DNA of 63,253 bases, the filler included, from Lenisia limosa (taxonomy: Eukaryota; Protista; Breviatea), in assembly GCA_001655205.1 (NCBI GenBank). It is 16 parts of 16 records of this genome, joined end to end, with 100 filler letters (N's around TTAATTAATTAA, not from the genome) between each part and the next. Parts side by side here need not be neighbours in the genome. Positions count along the whole stretch, not along the records: positions 11,170 to 15,793 come from LPNZ01006087.1; positions 15,894 to 23,523 come from LPNZ01010191.1; positions 23,624 to 30,147 come from LPNZ01008401.1; 13 more parts are not named here. One strand, 5' to 3'. Every line of letters begins with the position of its first letter. Within the stretch, counting starts at the first letter, position 1. Position numbers and translations under genes: made by a program. The notes under the pieces are model-generated. The model did no database searches, had not been told where the DNA came from, and saw only the letters and a program-made list of their open reading frames with translations. Positions 12,050 to 26,210 of the stretch are shown here, one piece after another.

Positions 12050-13300
12050 GGACTATTGAATCTAGAATGATAAGTATCTTTATGATGGTATTTTACAGAC
12101 TCTTTCATACTTATCATACTCGAGTGAGTCTAGATCTTGAGAGTGGATCAGCAATAACAAATAGCCAAGCTTTGACTGTTTGTAGAGATTCAGTGATCAG
12201 ACGAGTAAACTCAATGGAGGATATAGACACTCCGGCAATCTTCATCACCCCTGGCCCGGCATGGGTTGACAGAGAAGGTACTGTAAGAGCTGTCAACAAA
12301 TACCAGAGAATGTCAATATTTATCAAGAATTTCTATATTTATGGAGGATTTATCGAGAAAGTGTAGCCTTTTGGGGGACCTTATTTAGGTGGGTTTGGAA
12401 GGTGAAGTGAGGCACCTGGGTTTTCTCTTTGTATTTGTTAACTTGATTATTAGGAGTTTCTTTTTTACAGCATTTGAGCTTCTTTTTTTTTACCTTTTTA
12501 TTCTTTCAACTTATTTATTGTGGTTGTATGTAGCGCTCGTGGTTTAAATTTGCGCGTAAATTTAGCCAAATTAACCACATCATGAAACACGGATCATGTA
12601 AGATACATGTACGTATGCAAAGTCAGACCTCTCATAATTTGAGCGAAGCGCGGTCATAAGCCCGCATAGCATCTTCAAAAACCATGTCATACGGCACATC
12701 CATTGCTGTTAGAGCTGGTGTGCTAGCATTGCTCGCGTGTGTCCTGTCAGACAAAAAGAAAATTAAAAGAAAAAGAAAAAGAGAGAAAAACAAAGAGAGA
12801 ATAGCAATAGTGGTACCAAATGCGGCGACCCTCCAAGCCTCGCTTAGCTCTCAAAATTTGAGTTATTCAGCATATAAATGAACGGAAACGTCATAGAATA
12901 TTATTCAATCAAAACCCAACCTTAGAATCCATTATCCTGGAAGTTGTAGCAATTGGCAGTCTGTCAATAGGTTGAATTTTTTTGCACTATGTGGTGCAAG
13001 GTCTGGTGGAGCAATATATATCGTTATCGACATGCACAAAATCAGGTAGAAGTGTGTCATATTATCAAGTATTGTCATCCAATTGACTTTTTTTCGATAT
13101 TTCCTTATCGTCTGCCGCAAAACTGAGAGGGTTAACGATGGAGGGGAGCTTTAAAATTGTGACAGTTGTTGGTTTCATTTTTTGGAATCCAGAAGCAGGG
13201 ATTGCCTTCAGAACCTCAAGGTATACTAGTGGTTGTTTCGACTCCTTCACACTTTCAACCGTTAGACCATCAAGAGCACAAATGGAAAAGTCCAAGTGAA
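12050..13300 (-). CDS. Hypothetical protein (multi-exon)
   Basis: Phase-compatible exons LPIATTSRIMDSK|RGLEGRRIW|THASNASTPALTAMDVPYDMVFEDAMRAYDRASLKIMR|ALTVPSLSTHAG...SRLTR|IQ-stop. 5' end uncertain. Confidence 0.45.
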
Positions 13301-13941
13301 TGTGTGTAGATTGTCTTGACCAGGATGTTACCGTGTCAATTATCTGAATTAGGGAATATCGATCTTCAGAATATACCAATAGGCAAGGATTCAAGACGCT
13401 ATTAACGAGGACACATTTTTGATCCCATACAGTTTGCCGATAAATATGAAGAGAACTTAAATGAGTGAAAATTAGATTTGGAAACAGGGATGTGTGTCTA
13501 TTGCAGTGGAACTAACAACTTAAATAATTGTGAAAAAGTTAAACCCTGTTCTCTTTCTTTCTATTACATATGAGCTCTTGAGCTATCTACATTGGTGCGA
13601 GTTTTACCTCTTACTTTCGATTTATCCTGTTTTTTTTATTTCTGGTGATATTCTATGCTGGCAGTATTGTGGTTTCTTTCACTGTTTTCATTTACACACT
13701 CTGTTCACATTTTAGTTATTTTAACTCGGTCGAAGTCCCTTCCCAACACGGGGCCACTCACTGGGCCTCCTTTTGGACACAAAGTATGTGCTAATTAAGC
13801 AAACTAACTTTTGACACGGAAATCTGGGCTCGAGACGTCATATTTTTACTACGTTATACTACTGTACACTACTTTTTGCTTCAGGTCTTTTCGGACCTTA
13901 GGGAAGCGAAGAGTACCCCCCCATTCCCTGTGTTGTTAGCC

Positions 13942-14002
13942 AACGGAGTTGATTTGGGCTTGTTTGTTTCATAGAATTTCCAATTTGACTTTACTCTCCC
14001 AG
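13942..14002 (+). repeat. Family C intron-end module (representative copy)
   Basis: AAC(A/G)GAGTTGATTT(T)GGGCTT...TTTCATAG.ATTTCCAATTT..TACTC.CCCAG. Sense copies at 14954, 15586, 32144(-), 32296(-), 33117, 36868, 52189(-), 54001, 59511(-); inverted relative to the host at 34479, 35287 and partly 49195. Confidence 0.8.
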
Positions 14003-15748
14003 GCCTGCCAAACAGATTTTGTCTCGTCCATGCCACCCACTCCGGTGGTGCGATCTGAAAATAGGGGACCGCGGATCTACGGAGACTCCGCTGCTGAGCC
14101 GCCTCCGGGTGGGNNNNNNNNNNNNNNNNNNNNNNNNNNNNNNNNNNNNNNNNNNNNNNNNNNNNNNNNNNNNNNNNNNNNNNNNNNNNNNNNNNNNNNN
14201 NNNNNNNNNNNNTGTCACCTTACCACAGTATCACATAGAAGGAAGTTTTTTTTTGAGAAAGAGAAATAATATTCATTGAAACTCAAGGGAAACAAAAAAA
14301 AAATACATAGGGATACCACACAAATCACCATACAGGAAGTTAGAATATTTGTGTGCAATAACAAGAAGAATAAAACAAAAACAAATAGTTGTTTATAAGG
14401 GGTGGGATTTATCGAAAATTTCAGTCTTAATTCGAACCGAAATGAAGCCTAAAAACTAGCCACCATGACCAAACACCCACATTACCAACCCGCCTCGATA
14501 AATATCGATATTTTATCGGTTTTTTGTGAACTTATTTGTTCATGGAGAGGTGGGTGCGGTGTGGTGTTGGCAGATTATTTCCGTTATTTCTGACCTTTTA
14601 GTTGTCAAAAGAAGTGCACGCGGTTCTCGACCCTCAACTCAAAGTAGGCTTATTGTGGCAATACGATAAAGGCAGTGCAGATAAAGGAATCCGTAAACAG
14701 ATGAGTCACTCTCTATCTTAGGCCGTTCTCTTTTCATAACTTAACATTTGCTAACTCATATTAGGCAATTCTTTCTGTTTGTCATTTTCTTTTATTTATC
14801 TTATAAGGCAACTTTTGCTTATGTTTTTCTCTCCCTTCCCAATAATTGATATTTTAGGGAGTTCAGCCCGCCAAACCCATGGTACAGCGCAACCTCAGGT
14901 TGGTTGTTTTTTAATGTTTTTTTCAATTATTCAGTATTATTCACACCTCCCCCACAGAGTTGATTTGAGGTTTTTTGTTTCATAAGGTGTCCAATTTTAC
15001 CCCCCCCCCCNNNNNNNNNNNNNNNNNNNNNNNNNNNNNNNNNNNNNNNNNNNNNNNNNNNNNNNNNNNNNNNNNNNAACGATATCGCAGGCATCAGGGC
15101 CTCATCTGACTCCTCCATCCGCTCGATCAGCCCGCACCCCTAGAAACAAGGCCAAATCACCCCGTGCCGCGCCCCCCAGCCCACAGCCAACTAAGGAGAC
15201 CCCCAAGGCTATCACGCCACGTAGTGAAACTCAAAAAGTGTCGCGAAGTGAGCGTCCGCGCCAGGATACGCGTAAATCTGAGCGCACCAGCCAGGAAAAG
15301 CACCGGGAGCCGGCGTCAAGCCCCCCAAGTGGGAGGGGGTATTTCTTCGAGAGAATATTCTCTACTGCACTTATGGAGTGATATGTACATATGATTAGGG
15401 CTTCCCTACGGCCCCAAAAAAAGACCGAATCTCTCAATAAATCCTCGATATATATCGATATTTAAACGGTCTTTTTCGGATCGTAGTAAACCTCTACATA
15501 TGATATAGTATATACTATTAGTTTTATGGTGGGTGCCCTTTTGTATTTTTTTATCGATCTCTAGATTGTTTTTTAACCTGCTGTCAAAGAGTTGATTTTG
15601 AGCTTTTTTTTTTCTTTTCTTGTTTTTGTTTAAATGTTCCTATTTCACCTCTGCAGTTCTCCGCAAGCCACCGTCACGAGATAAGAAGGCCTCGCCCCGG
15701 AGTGAGAAGACCGTTCAACTCAGCAAAGAGTCGCCAAGGCAGAGGAAG
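14003..15748 (+). CDS. Ser/Pro/Arg/Lys-rich low-complexity protein fragment
   Basis: GC-rich exons 14003-14109, ~15078-15329 and 15657-15748 (e.g. KAKSPRAAPPSPQPTKETPK, ILRKPPSRDKKASPRSEK) with canonical splice sites. Confidence 0.55.
15396..15496. mobile_element. Family B MITE with perfect 8-bp TSD
   Basis: TAGGGCTTCCCTACGG...CGTAGTAAACCTCTA flanked by CATATGAT at 15388-15395 and 15497-15504. Confidence 0.9.
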
Positions 15749-15893
15749 GTCTATGGACTACCGTGATGGGATGCGGTGCTGCAGAAGCGACTGNNNNNNN
15801 NNNNNNNNNNNNNNNNNNNNNNNNNNNNNNNNNNNNNTTAATTAATTAANNNNNNNNNNNNNNNNNNNNNNNNNNNNNNNNNNNNNNNNNNNN

Positions 15894-18800
15894 TCGCTCT
15901 CATCCTCGTCCAGCTCACTGAGGTCACTCAGGTCACTGCAGTCGTCGTCAAATGTGTAGAGCGACTTCTTGGGGGCGGTGCTGCCTGTACCGCGGGTTGT
16001 TCGCTTCGGGACCGCTGGTGATGAGTAATGCAGGGTGGTAGATCTAAGTACAAATAATTCATATCAGTTGAAAGGCTGTTCACCCCTTACAGGTCATAAC
16101 AATGCTGGCGTCAGAATCATCATCAAAGTCATCATCATCGTCATCTCATAAATCAAAGAAAAAAACACACAAAAAAAAAAAGAATAATTCTCAGCTATGT
16201 ATATCAAACATTATTTACTCTTTTAAANNNNNNNNNNNNNNNNNNNNNNNNNNNNNNNNNNNNNNNNNNNNNNNNNNNNNNNNNNNNNNNNNNNNNNNNN
16301 NNNNNNNNNNNNNNNNNNNNNNNNNNNNNNNNNNNNNNNNNNNNNNNNNNNNNNNNNNNNNNNNNCTACAATGTGAACAAATAAAGCTAGTTTATGATCC
16401 TGTGATAATCAACAGAATAACAAAAAGATATCCTCCCCTCTCACATCCACGGGAGACGCCTTGCGAGCTGGCTTAGGAGCTGCTTTAGTCAAGGTTCTTT
16501 TGACGGGTGCCTTCTTCTCGACCTTTTTACATGAGAATCGCTTGGTATGGAACCGTATTATACCTTCAGCTTAGGAACTGGAACAGCTTTCTTGGTGCCG
16601 GCCCGGATAATCTCGTCTTCGCTATCATCCTCGGAAGAGAATGTAAACGTACTTGCCCGATTGGGACGACTTTCCTTTTTAGGCTCGGCTGGTGGCGAGG
16701 CTCTCTTTTGGATATTCATGAGTTTGTCGGCAATGGAAACTGTCGGCTATAGAAGTTAATGGGTATTGATTGGACTTTTAGCATCCACAATCTTATCATT
16801 CACTCTACCCACTCGTTCCGTCTTGACCTTAGGCTCCTTCTTCTCAGTAGGCTTGGGCCTTTTGGCAACCGGCTTGGAGTCGGCGATTGGTCTCTTCAAA
16901 TCTCCTGGGAGGGGGCGATAAAAATACAAAAATTACAAAATAAATCAAAATACTAAGAAAGGATATTTATGAAACCAAAATGTTGGAAAATTGACAATAA
17001 ATACGTGAGAAGTTACAATTGCCATACCGTCCATTGGGGTTGGTGAAGGGGCCTTAGGGGGCTTGGCTGCCTTCTTGACCTAGAAGGTGAGAGGTGTGTT
17101 CCGGGGTCTTGGTTTTGGCTGATATAGACAATACCAGCCTCGCTAACCACGGTGAAGATATCATGGGGGACAGGGGCGGGAGGCATACGTTCCTGCTTGA
17201 AAGACTGTGTAATGCGTCCACGGTTGTTCTTCTATTGGGGAAGGGGTTAAAGCTGAATGAAACTTATCACAGAATCAGTCCCACACACATTTATCTCACT
17301 CACAAGTACTAAAACAACGTAATATTTGAGCAAAATGAAGCCCACCTGAGTAGACTTGGCCACTCGCTTGAGATGCTCTTTGTCCATGTCTTCAAGGGCC
17401 TGTTCAAGCTCGCCAAGGTCTTCTTCCCACAGGTCAACACGAGACTTGCCTTCGAGCTGGGGGGTAACCAGTTGCGGCTTTGCATTATATCTACAGCACA
17501 CAAAAAGCAANNNNNNNNNNNNNNNNNNNNNNNNNNNNNNNNNNNNNNNNNNNNNNNNNNNNNNNNNNNNNNNNNNNNNNNNNNNNNNNNNNNNNNNNNN
17601 NNNNTAAGTTCGACAATCTTGGATTTCTTCTCAGCCTCCAGCTTCTGAACGCGTTCGAGAGTCAGCGACCACAAGGGAAGGGACAGGAGGTAGTCGAAGC
17701 TTGCGCCAGAGGACTCTTCTTCTTCATCTACAGGGTCAAAATATTGCCTTTTTTTCGGCAATTTGGGAGTACTGTTAAAAAAGATTTGGCTTTCACGCAA
17801 AAAATAAAATAAAAAAATAACAATAAATAAAAATAAAAAGCCAACAACAAAATAAAAAACCAACAAGGAGGGTTCTTATAGGATTAGAGGTAAGGCCGAT
17901 TTATTCAAATTTTAACGTTAATTGATAAAATATGGGTTTTCACAATCTGTCTTAACTGCAATTGTTGTATACCTTTGAAGTAGTCATTACACAACGTCCA
18001 TCCAACCATCATCCTTCTTGCCCTTGCCCTTGTCGAACTTGTCAAATCCAAGGCGCTCCAGCTCAGCAATGAGCACAGCCTTTGCCTTCTTTGAGATGAT
18101 CAGCTCGTTGTTGATGACCATTAGGATGAAGCGAGTCTATATAGTTAATAATGAGCAAATATAAAAACCATGTGCAAATAGAGAATGAGGGAGATACCGG
18201 ACTGCTACAGTAATGAGAAAAAGACCCCCCCCCNNNNNNNNNNNNNNNNNNNNNNNNNNNNNNNNNNNNNNNNNNNNNNNNNNNNNNNNNNNNNNNNNNN
18301 NNNNNNNNNNNNNNNNNNNNNNNNNNNNNNNNNNNNNNNNNNNNNNNNNNNNNNNNNNNNNNNNCAAACGCAGATTAAACCTGTGAGGTGAGTGGTGTTG
18401 GGGGAGGTGATGGTTTCCTATAAAGAACAAGACCAGAGGAATCGAATTTATTCATGACACCCTAATTTTGCTTGGTGCGAACCAGTTGTTGAAGATATCA
18501 GAAATGGCTGCCTTGTCCTTGAGGCGATTCTGAAATGAATGAGATGAATATGACAGAAGAACTGATTGTGGAAATGGGATATTAAGAAGAAGAGCGATAT
18601 CTAAGAGCCTCCCACCTCCTGGTCGAAGTACACCACGTTGCGAACGGACATGGGGCTAGAGATCTTGAAGAACTTATGAAGACCGCCCTCTCCGGCGCAA
18701 ATGGAATCCAGCTTTTCCTTGGACAAGGTGATGACAAAGTGCACAGTCTCTTCGGTGTGGTACTGTTTGTAGTCCAAAATGATGGGGACCTGGGGGAGGG

Positions 18801-21800
18801 GATGACGTCATAAGCTGGCTCGAAAAAAAAAAAAGTCATCTATGATGAACCTTGTAAAGACACGTTCCTACCTTCTTGTCCTTGCCAGTGCCAGTATCCA
18901 TAAGACCCTCCAGGAACTCCTTATACGGCTGGGTCCAGGTCTTCAAGGGGAGCTCTGTTATCTCAACGGTGATGTCGTCCAAACGCGAAATGCTGCCGCT
19001 CACATAGTAGCTGTCTGTAAGCGTCTCTTGGTTCTGAGGGGGGGGGGGGGGNNNNNNNNNNNNNNNNNNNNNNNNNNNNNNNNNNNNNNNNNNNNNNNNN
19101 NNNNNNNNNNNNNNNNNNNNNNNNNNNNNNNNNNNNNNNNNNNNNNNNNNNNNNNNNNNNNNNNNNNNNNNNNNNNNNNNNNNNNNNNNNNNNNNNNNNN
19201 NNNNNNNNNNNNNNNNNNNNNNNNNNNNNNNNNNNNNNNNNNNNNNNNNNNNNNNNNAAGGCTTCATCTGAGTCACCCTACGTTTTGACCGCGAATCTTA
19301 GTTCGGATGTTGTCAATCAGTTCATGGGGGGAATAGTTGGGGATGGATGTTGACCAGCCGGTTCCAATACCTTCAGCTCCTTGAGGGAATGAGAATGACA
19401 GGTATGAAAATTATCTACTATGCTCATTATCTGCCATGATATCATTGCTGACTCTGCAGCACCGCATCTCATTACTCCCCGCCTACCATTGACAAGAGCC
19501 ATTGGAATAACAGGCATATAGAACTTAGGCTCAATAGACTGACCATCATCATCAAGGTAGCTAGGGGAATAAAAATCATAGAAAAGTAACTGGCTGACCA
19601 AGTCAGACATCAGGGGTTGCAGTACACAAAAAAAAAAAAAAGCCCATGCTATCAATATCAACTCTTCAGTTGATAATTGTTGGTTATGAAATGACCATGT
19701 GCGTGCTTAAGTTTAATGAAGATTACGAGAAATTCTGTGTTTCTTAGTACTAGGTGTCCCTTGAAACAATCATCATCAAAAGACGCCATCCTACTCAAGA
19801 AGAGGATCATCTTCTTGACGGAAGATTTTGCGAGTGATTTTGGCGAGGTTTGTAAAGATGTAACGCGCAGAAGCAGCATCCTGTATGGCGTTAAAATGGT
19901 GGTTCAATTCCTTATCCTTAATCTTATTCAGCCAACCTTGCCGCCGTGGATGCGGGTACCGAACATACCCACAGGCTCGAGTAGGTTAATATTGTTGGAG
20001 CCGACAAAGTTCTGAGCCATGCCGACAATGGTGGATGCAAGGGACTGTTCGCCGTGATGATAGGCACTGTGCTCCGAGACATAACTAGGAGGGATTAAAA
20101 ATGGGCTACAAGGAAAGGAGGAGTACATTGGTTGTTATGAATATTCAGAAACGGCAAACTCCCTCCAACCCGGAAAGCTGAGCCACCTTAATGTCGTTCT
20201 TGAGGTTCCTCTTGAAGCATGAGAACAGGATCTTTCTTTGTCCTGGCTTGAGGCCGTCAACACCACTCGGGATAGAACGCTGGTTGTCCGCCATTGAGAA
20301 AAGAATAAGTTCCTGGGGGGGGGGGGNNNNNNNNNNNNNNNNNNNNNNNNNNNNNNNNNNNNNNNNNNNNNNNNNNNNNNNNNNNNNNNNNNNNNNNNNN
20401 NNNNNNNNNNNNNNNNNNNNNNNNNNNNNNNNNNNNNNNNNNNNNNNNNNNNNNNNNNNNNNNNNNNNNNNNNNNNNNNNNNNNNNNNNNNNNNNNNNNN
20501 NNNNNNNNNNNNNNNNNNNNNNNNCAGTATTACATCAAGGCAGACAGAGCAAAATAGCACTCTATTCATATGATGTACACACCTTATCGATGAAATCGTT
20601 GTATGAGATGCGACGAACACGCTGATCGAGATAGGTTCCTTCACGGAAGTCTCTGAGCCACTGCTTGCGGTCATCGATACTGCCAATGTAAGAGGGCGAC
20701 AAGAAAGGCCATCAAAATAATCATTTTCAGAAGATAGAAATGAAAACAAGGCTGTATCTGACAAGATATTTGAAGAGCTTTGTGAGTGCTATTGAAGTTT
20801 TCGTACCACTACTCCAAAATTGTAATAAAACCAGCTTANNNNNNNNNNNNNNNNNNNNNNNNNNNNNNNNNNNNNNNNNNNNNNNNNNNNNNNNNNNNNN
20901 NNNNNNNNNNNNNNNNNNNNNNNNNNNNNNNNNNNNNNNNNNNNNNNNNNNNNNNNNNNNNNNNNGCCATGTGTGAAGTCAATTCGGTGGTGTACAATGT
21001 CGCCGAAATACTCCTTGGCCTCTGCTGATGTGGAGGTACCCAGACCCTATAAGTGGTCAATTGCAATTTCAGCCATGCAGTCTTGGTAGTGTCAAAGCAT
21101 CTGAAGAATACTTCAATAGAAGCTATCTGGACAACGCCCATGATATTGCTCTTATACATACTACTACAATAGGCTCTAGAACAGACCTTGTAGTACTTGG
21201 TCTTCCACTTGGTATTGTCAGCAACAGTCTCCTTCCAATTATCATACTCTGGAAGGGTGTAGAACGCATGAACCTCTCGTCCCTTGGTGACCTAGATATG
21301 GGGGGGGGGGTTACCAGGGAAATTCTGATTAACTTTAGGATATTAATCAAATAATGGGCATCGATGATGAAGCGAATGTAGGTAAAAGATTGGAACAACA
21401 CCTTTGTGTGTCGCATTGTGTGATCTCTCAACCACCCACCTTGACGATGGGTGTAATGAACTCCTGGAGGAAGCCAGGAATGTGCAAGAGCTCAGGCCAG
21501 AATTTGTGCAGAAGGTTGATGATAAGCCCCTAAGATGGCAATCAGGAATGAGTAAAAAAAAAAAAATAAGAAAAAAAACCAAAACCAAAACCAAAACAAC
21601 CAAAGGCGAATACAATAAATACCCTCCCACCTTGATATGTGAGCCATCGTGATCCTGATCGGTCATGATCATGATATGACCGTAACGAAGGCCGTCAATA
21701 GTAGGGTACTTCTTGCCGTGTTGGAATCCGAGGATCTTTTTGATGTTCGTCAGCTCCGCGTTTTCAGTTACTTGTTTGATGGTCGCGTCTGCGGGTGTGA

Positions 21801-23472
21801 GAAGTTGCTGTAACGAAATATCAGGCAGGGGACAATGCTCATTGCCACACCATTGCCTACCACGAACGTTGAGGAGCTTTCCTCTGAGGGGGAAAACACC
21901 ATATCTGTCGCGTCCGACAACTGAGAGTCCTAAAAAGGTGAAATGAGGGGGAAATATGGAAACCAATATCACTCTAATACAGTGCTCGATGTTTTCAANN
22001 NNNNNNNNNNNNNNNNNNNNNNNNNNNNNNNNNNNNNNNNNNNNNNNNNNNNNNNNNNNNNNNNNNNNNNNNNNNNNNNNNNNNNNNNNNNNNNNNNNNN
22101 NNNNNNNNNNNNNNNNNNNNNNNNNNNNNNNNNNNNNNNNNNNNNNNNNNNNNNNNNNNNNNNNNNNNNNNNNNNNNNNNNNNNNNNNNNNNNNNNNNNN
22201 NNCGGCATTTCCTTGGCACCTTGTTCCGGCCAAATTGGCGTCATCAAGCTTGGGGATGCCAGTAAGGCGGCCTGAAGGGTCAGAGAGTGCAAAAAATAAA
22301 AATAAGCAGGTATACGCTGACTGCGAACCATCGGTTATACCTCCCCCCCCCTACTTCTTTTCGAACCACCCTTGCNNNNNNNNNNNNNNNNNNNNNNNNN
22401 NNNNNNNNNNNNNNNNNNNNNNNNNNNNNNNNNNNNNNNNNNNNNNNNNNNNNNNNNNNNNNNNNNNNNNNNNNNNNNNNNNNNNNNNNNNNNNNNNNNN
22501 NNNNNNNNNNNNNNNNNNNNNNNNNNNNNNNNNNNNNNNNNNNNNNNNNNNNNNNNNNNNNNNNNNNNNNNNNNNNNNNNNNNNNNNNNNNNNNNNNNNN
22601 NNNNNNNNNNNNNNNNNNNNNNNNNNNNNNNNNNNGTCGGTGGGGGTATTGCTAGATCCGAACTTCTTGGGCTGTAGACGAGTGAATGGTAACAAGCTAT
22701 CTTTGGAAGCACGGGGGGGAGGGGAGGGTAAAACAGAGCCAAGCTTGGGGGTGTTACAGAACCCCTGCATACCACAGTGGTAAGAGTCTCCTTGGTCTGA
22801 CTGTCGAAAGCAGGGTTCTCAATCATGGCTCGGATGAAGACGAAAAGATGACGCTTGACATGAGGGATCTTAGTCTTTTCTTTCTTGCCCTTCTTCTTGT
22901 CGAATACTAGGGAAAATGTAACTGAGAGACTGGAATGGGTGTTTTTAGAAGGGTATAAACTACATATAATACTAGTGAGCATTAAGCTTGGTTACGTAAC
23001 TCTTGGCATTCACAGGGGATTGAAAATTAAAAAGATGATATGTCAAATCTTCGTATTTTCCGCCTACCATCAGAAATCAGCCTCTTAGCGACTTGGTCAG
23101 CAAAAGAATCAACATGTGTTCCACCTTTATGGGTGTGAGATTGTAGCAAATATTAATTCAGAGGTTAAAGAAATAGAAAGAAGTTCATTGGTTACTGACC
23201 TCGAACAGTACAAATGGAGTTGACAAAAGAGACCTGCTGGAACTCATCAGAGGACGGGGCAATAGCTACTTCCCATCTGTCATTGAGCTCGGCATAGAAG
23301 AAGGGTTCCACTTGGATGTGAGGAGGGAAGAGAACGGTAGGAGGACCCAATATCAACGAAAAATACACAGGGGCAGTATCACTGAAGAAAGACAGCGGTC
23401 TTTACCTGGCTTGGTTTTCTTAGTAGGAACAACGGAGTCTTCTCCAAGTATGTCTTCTGGGTTCTCAGGTTT
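15894..23472 (-). CDS. TOP2: DNA topoisomerase II (type IIA), truncated at both ends
   Basis: [71 protein letters not shown]|[23 protein letters not shown], catalytic [17 protein letters not shown], then a Lys-rich/acidic tail. Confidence 0.97.
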
Positions 23473-23720
23473 CTAAAATAGTCAGCTTTTTGTCATTGAT
23501 TTATCTTAAAATGATGACACATTNNNNNNNNNNNNNNNNNNNNNNNNNNNNNNNNNNNNNNNNNNNNTTAATTAATTAANNNNNNNNNNNNNNNNNNNNN
23601 NNNNNNNNNNNNNNNNNNNNNNNCTATGAATAATACTATCACAGAGTATATCGAATCATGTGACCATTATTATTGTTGACTCCTATTTTTGTTTTCTTGT
23701 TGAACCAAATTAATGGTCAG

Positions 23721-25598
23721 GAATGTGTCCCTGTGCGCTATAAGACCGGAGAAAAGCTCATCAGTCATGATATCAAAAACGGCACTTCGAACTACAAGTT
23801 CACCTATTGCGTCGATATTGCCCCCGTCTGTCGTGATGACCTCATTGTCCTCCCCCCTAAGGTCTGTTATCTTATTTCAATTAATTTCTCTGGCATAGTA
23901 TTCATATCTTCCCATTGGTCATATTTTTTGAGATTTTAATATCTTCATATCTGCCTGATAATGCAAGCAACAAAATGTTTTTTCTTCTTCTTTTTACCTT
24001 TATATGCCAATATGCAAATTGCTACGGGATGTGAGTGACATTATAGGCTGCTCAACACCATGGTGGCATCTCACCCCTTGTCCTCTGCCATAAGGTTTGT
24101 TTTTTTTTTGCATGTGTTGAAAGATAAACATTACAAAGTAATATATTATTAGAAGTATACAACTTGGTGATGCTCTCATTTTTACGTAATAGTGCACCAG
24201 CTGGTGTGATTGAATGTTTTGGAACAAAATCCTTTCTGATTTTAACCACTACAGCTTCAATCCAGCATCCAACTCATTGATCCCCTGTCCCTCCAAGCTG
24301 TGACCGTCCCGGGTGAAGAGTACTGGAAAATCCCCTTCCGCTCCATCATGACCGTCACCCGTTTAACTTCCTTCTACGTCATTGATGTTGATCTTGTTGG
24401 GAAGGGGTAGTATTTTTCTCATTTCTTCTATTATGTACTTAGCACTGCACTATTGCATCATTTGACTTTTTCCTCCTCCAAATAACCCTTTGACCAAACA
24501 GCTTGGTCCTACCAACGGCAAGTTCGGCCTTGCTGACGTTACTGTTGCCCGCGAGGCTGACTTCGGCAAAAATGACATTCAGATGATTGTTCGATCACAC
24601 CTTGGTCACATTCTCAATCCTGGAGATTACTGCTTAGGGTGTGTTGGAGGGTTAGATCAAAGCATATCATATCAGCATATGAAGCACCTACTCAGATTTA
24701 CAGGAGTAAATAATACACAACTTATTTTACTTTTATTTTTTTATTTTTTTTCTCCTTGCATGTACATTGCAGATTCTACTAAGCCAGGGTGTTATCTACC
24801 TCCAATTTTTAATACTCTTTTTTTTTTTCCTTTTTGTTTCTCTCTTACTCATTGTACAGTTACGACATTGAACATGCCACTATTAACAGTGAGGAGCTTG
24901 AGAAGACGCAACTCTACAAGTAGGCATACAGCTGTTCGGTCTTTTGCCCTTCCCTTCATTTGGGCTCTGCCCCACAATAGAGCATCAGATAGTACCAAAC
25001 CACTTTCCAACGTACATTATCAAAATAGTCTTCATATTTTAGGTCCGGTAATCTCCCTGATGTCATCCTTGTGAAGAAGCACTATCCTGGCTACCGTAAG
25101 AAGAAGCGTCTTCGGAACTGGCGTGTTAATACTCTGGCTAAGGTTCGGACTGCGTTTTTTTTTTGTTTTGTTATACGTTGTATATACATGTAAATATGTT
25201 GAAATGACCTTTGGTTGGTTTCTTTTCATTATCCAGGTCCAAGAAGAAGGACACAACAGCAAACGTGATGATGCAGCTGATGAAGAGCGTTTCATGCAAG
25301 AACTCGAGGAAAACCCTGAGCTCAGAGCACAAATTAATATCTACGAGCAAGAAGGTGGGCTTTGGGATCCTTAAACCCAGTAGTATCAAATAATTGCTAT
25401 CCTAACTTTTTTTCCTTTTGACTCCACAGGCGTTCAGCAAGTTGTTGGAGAAGAGGATGAAGAGGACTTCCCCCAAGTTCAGGTTAGCGGCTCTTTTTAT
25501 TGAACCTAGCCAACCTTTTCTCACTTATCATTCCTTCCCTGACCATCCAGCTCTATGAGATGCTGCGTCGTATGGACACTATGTCCATCGAAAACTAG
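23721..25598 (+). CDS. NMD3: 60S ribosomal export adaptor NMD3, C-terminal part
   Basis: VPVRYKTGEKLISHDIKNGTSNYKFTYCVDIAPVCRDDL, LIDPLSLQ..YWKIPF, RSHLGHILNPGD, PDVILVKKHY, FMQELEENPELRAQINIY. Stop TAG 25596-25598. Confidence 0.95.
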
Positions 25599-26210
25599 GT
25601 CCGGTTCTTCCTATGGTATACTTCTATGTTTCTTTGATAGATACTCTGTTTCGTTGTTTTGTGAAGAGATGCCAGCAGAGAGCAGTAATGAGCCGCCAAT
25701 CACTGACCATTCTACTTTTGGCCAACAACTGTCAGATATTGGTACATTCTCCCAACATTCTCATATTGCATTCTCGCATTCTCATTCTCTCAGCATTCTA
25801 TCATTGAGCTCTCATTCAAAGTCATCAACTCATTGGATGAGAGAATCGTTGGGAGAGTTCACTCGCGGATACAATCATATTCATCCGAAATGTTATGTCA
25901 CCTAAGCTGTAAATCAAGCTTTTACCTCCTTTTATTTTTGCTCTCAAAAGAGATTGTTCTATTTGGAGGAGAGAACAGGAGGGGCACGCCTTCAAAGCAG
26001 AGTTATGGCAACCAAGATGACTTTTTATGGATTTTAAAAGTTTCTTTTTGCCCTCTTTTTCCTGACTTTGGGTGTATTTCTGTGAGGAGGCAGGTGTCTA
26101 CATTGAGTTCACGACCTTTTGTCAGTTTAAATTCGTTACCCAAATCTTTTAGCTGAAACACCAAAGTGGGCGTTTTTTTGAGCTAGTTGTGTGACTCTGA
26201 CTTCTTTAGT

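Noticed and set aside
12067-12366. Plus-strand 99-aa ORF
   Set aside because: Antisense to a cleanly spliced minus-strand exon, and its tail is a family B relic.
21075-21185. Similarity of intron start (AG|GTCTG) to next exon start (AG|GGTCTG) as a TSD
   Set aside because: Single short match, compatible with ordinary AG|G proto-splice bias.
15894-23472. Inteins or self-splicing introns in TOP2
   Set aside because: All visible interruptions are short GT-AG introns with no intron-encoded ORF; gap contents are unseen.
25600-26200. ORFs between NMD3 and the PiT gene
   Set aside because: No homology or consistent exon chain; probably UTR or intergenic.
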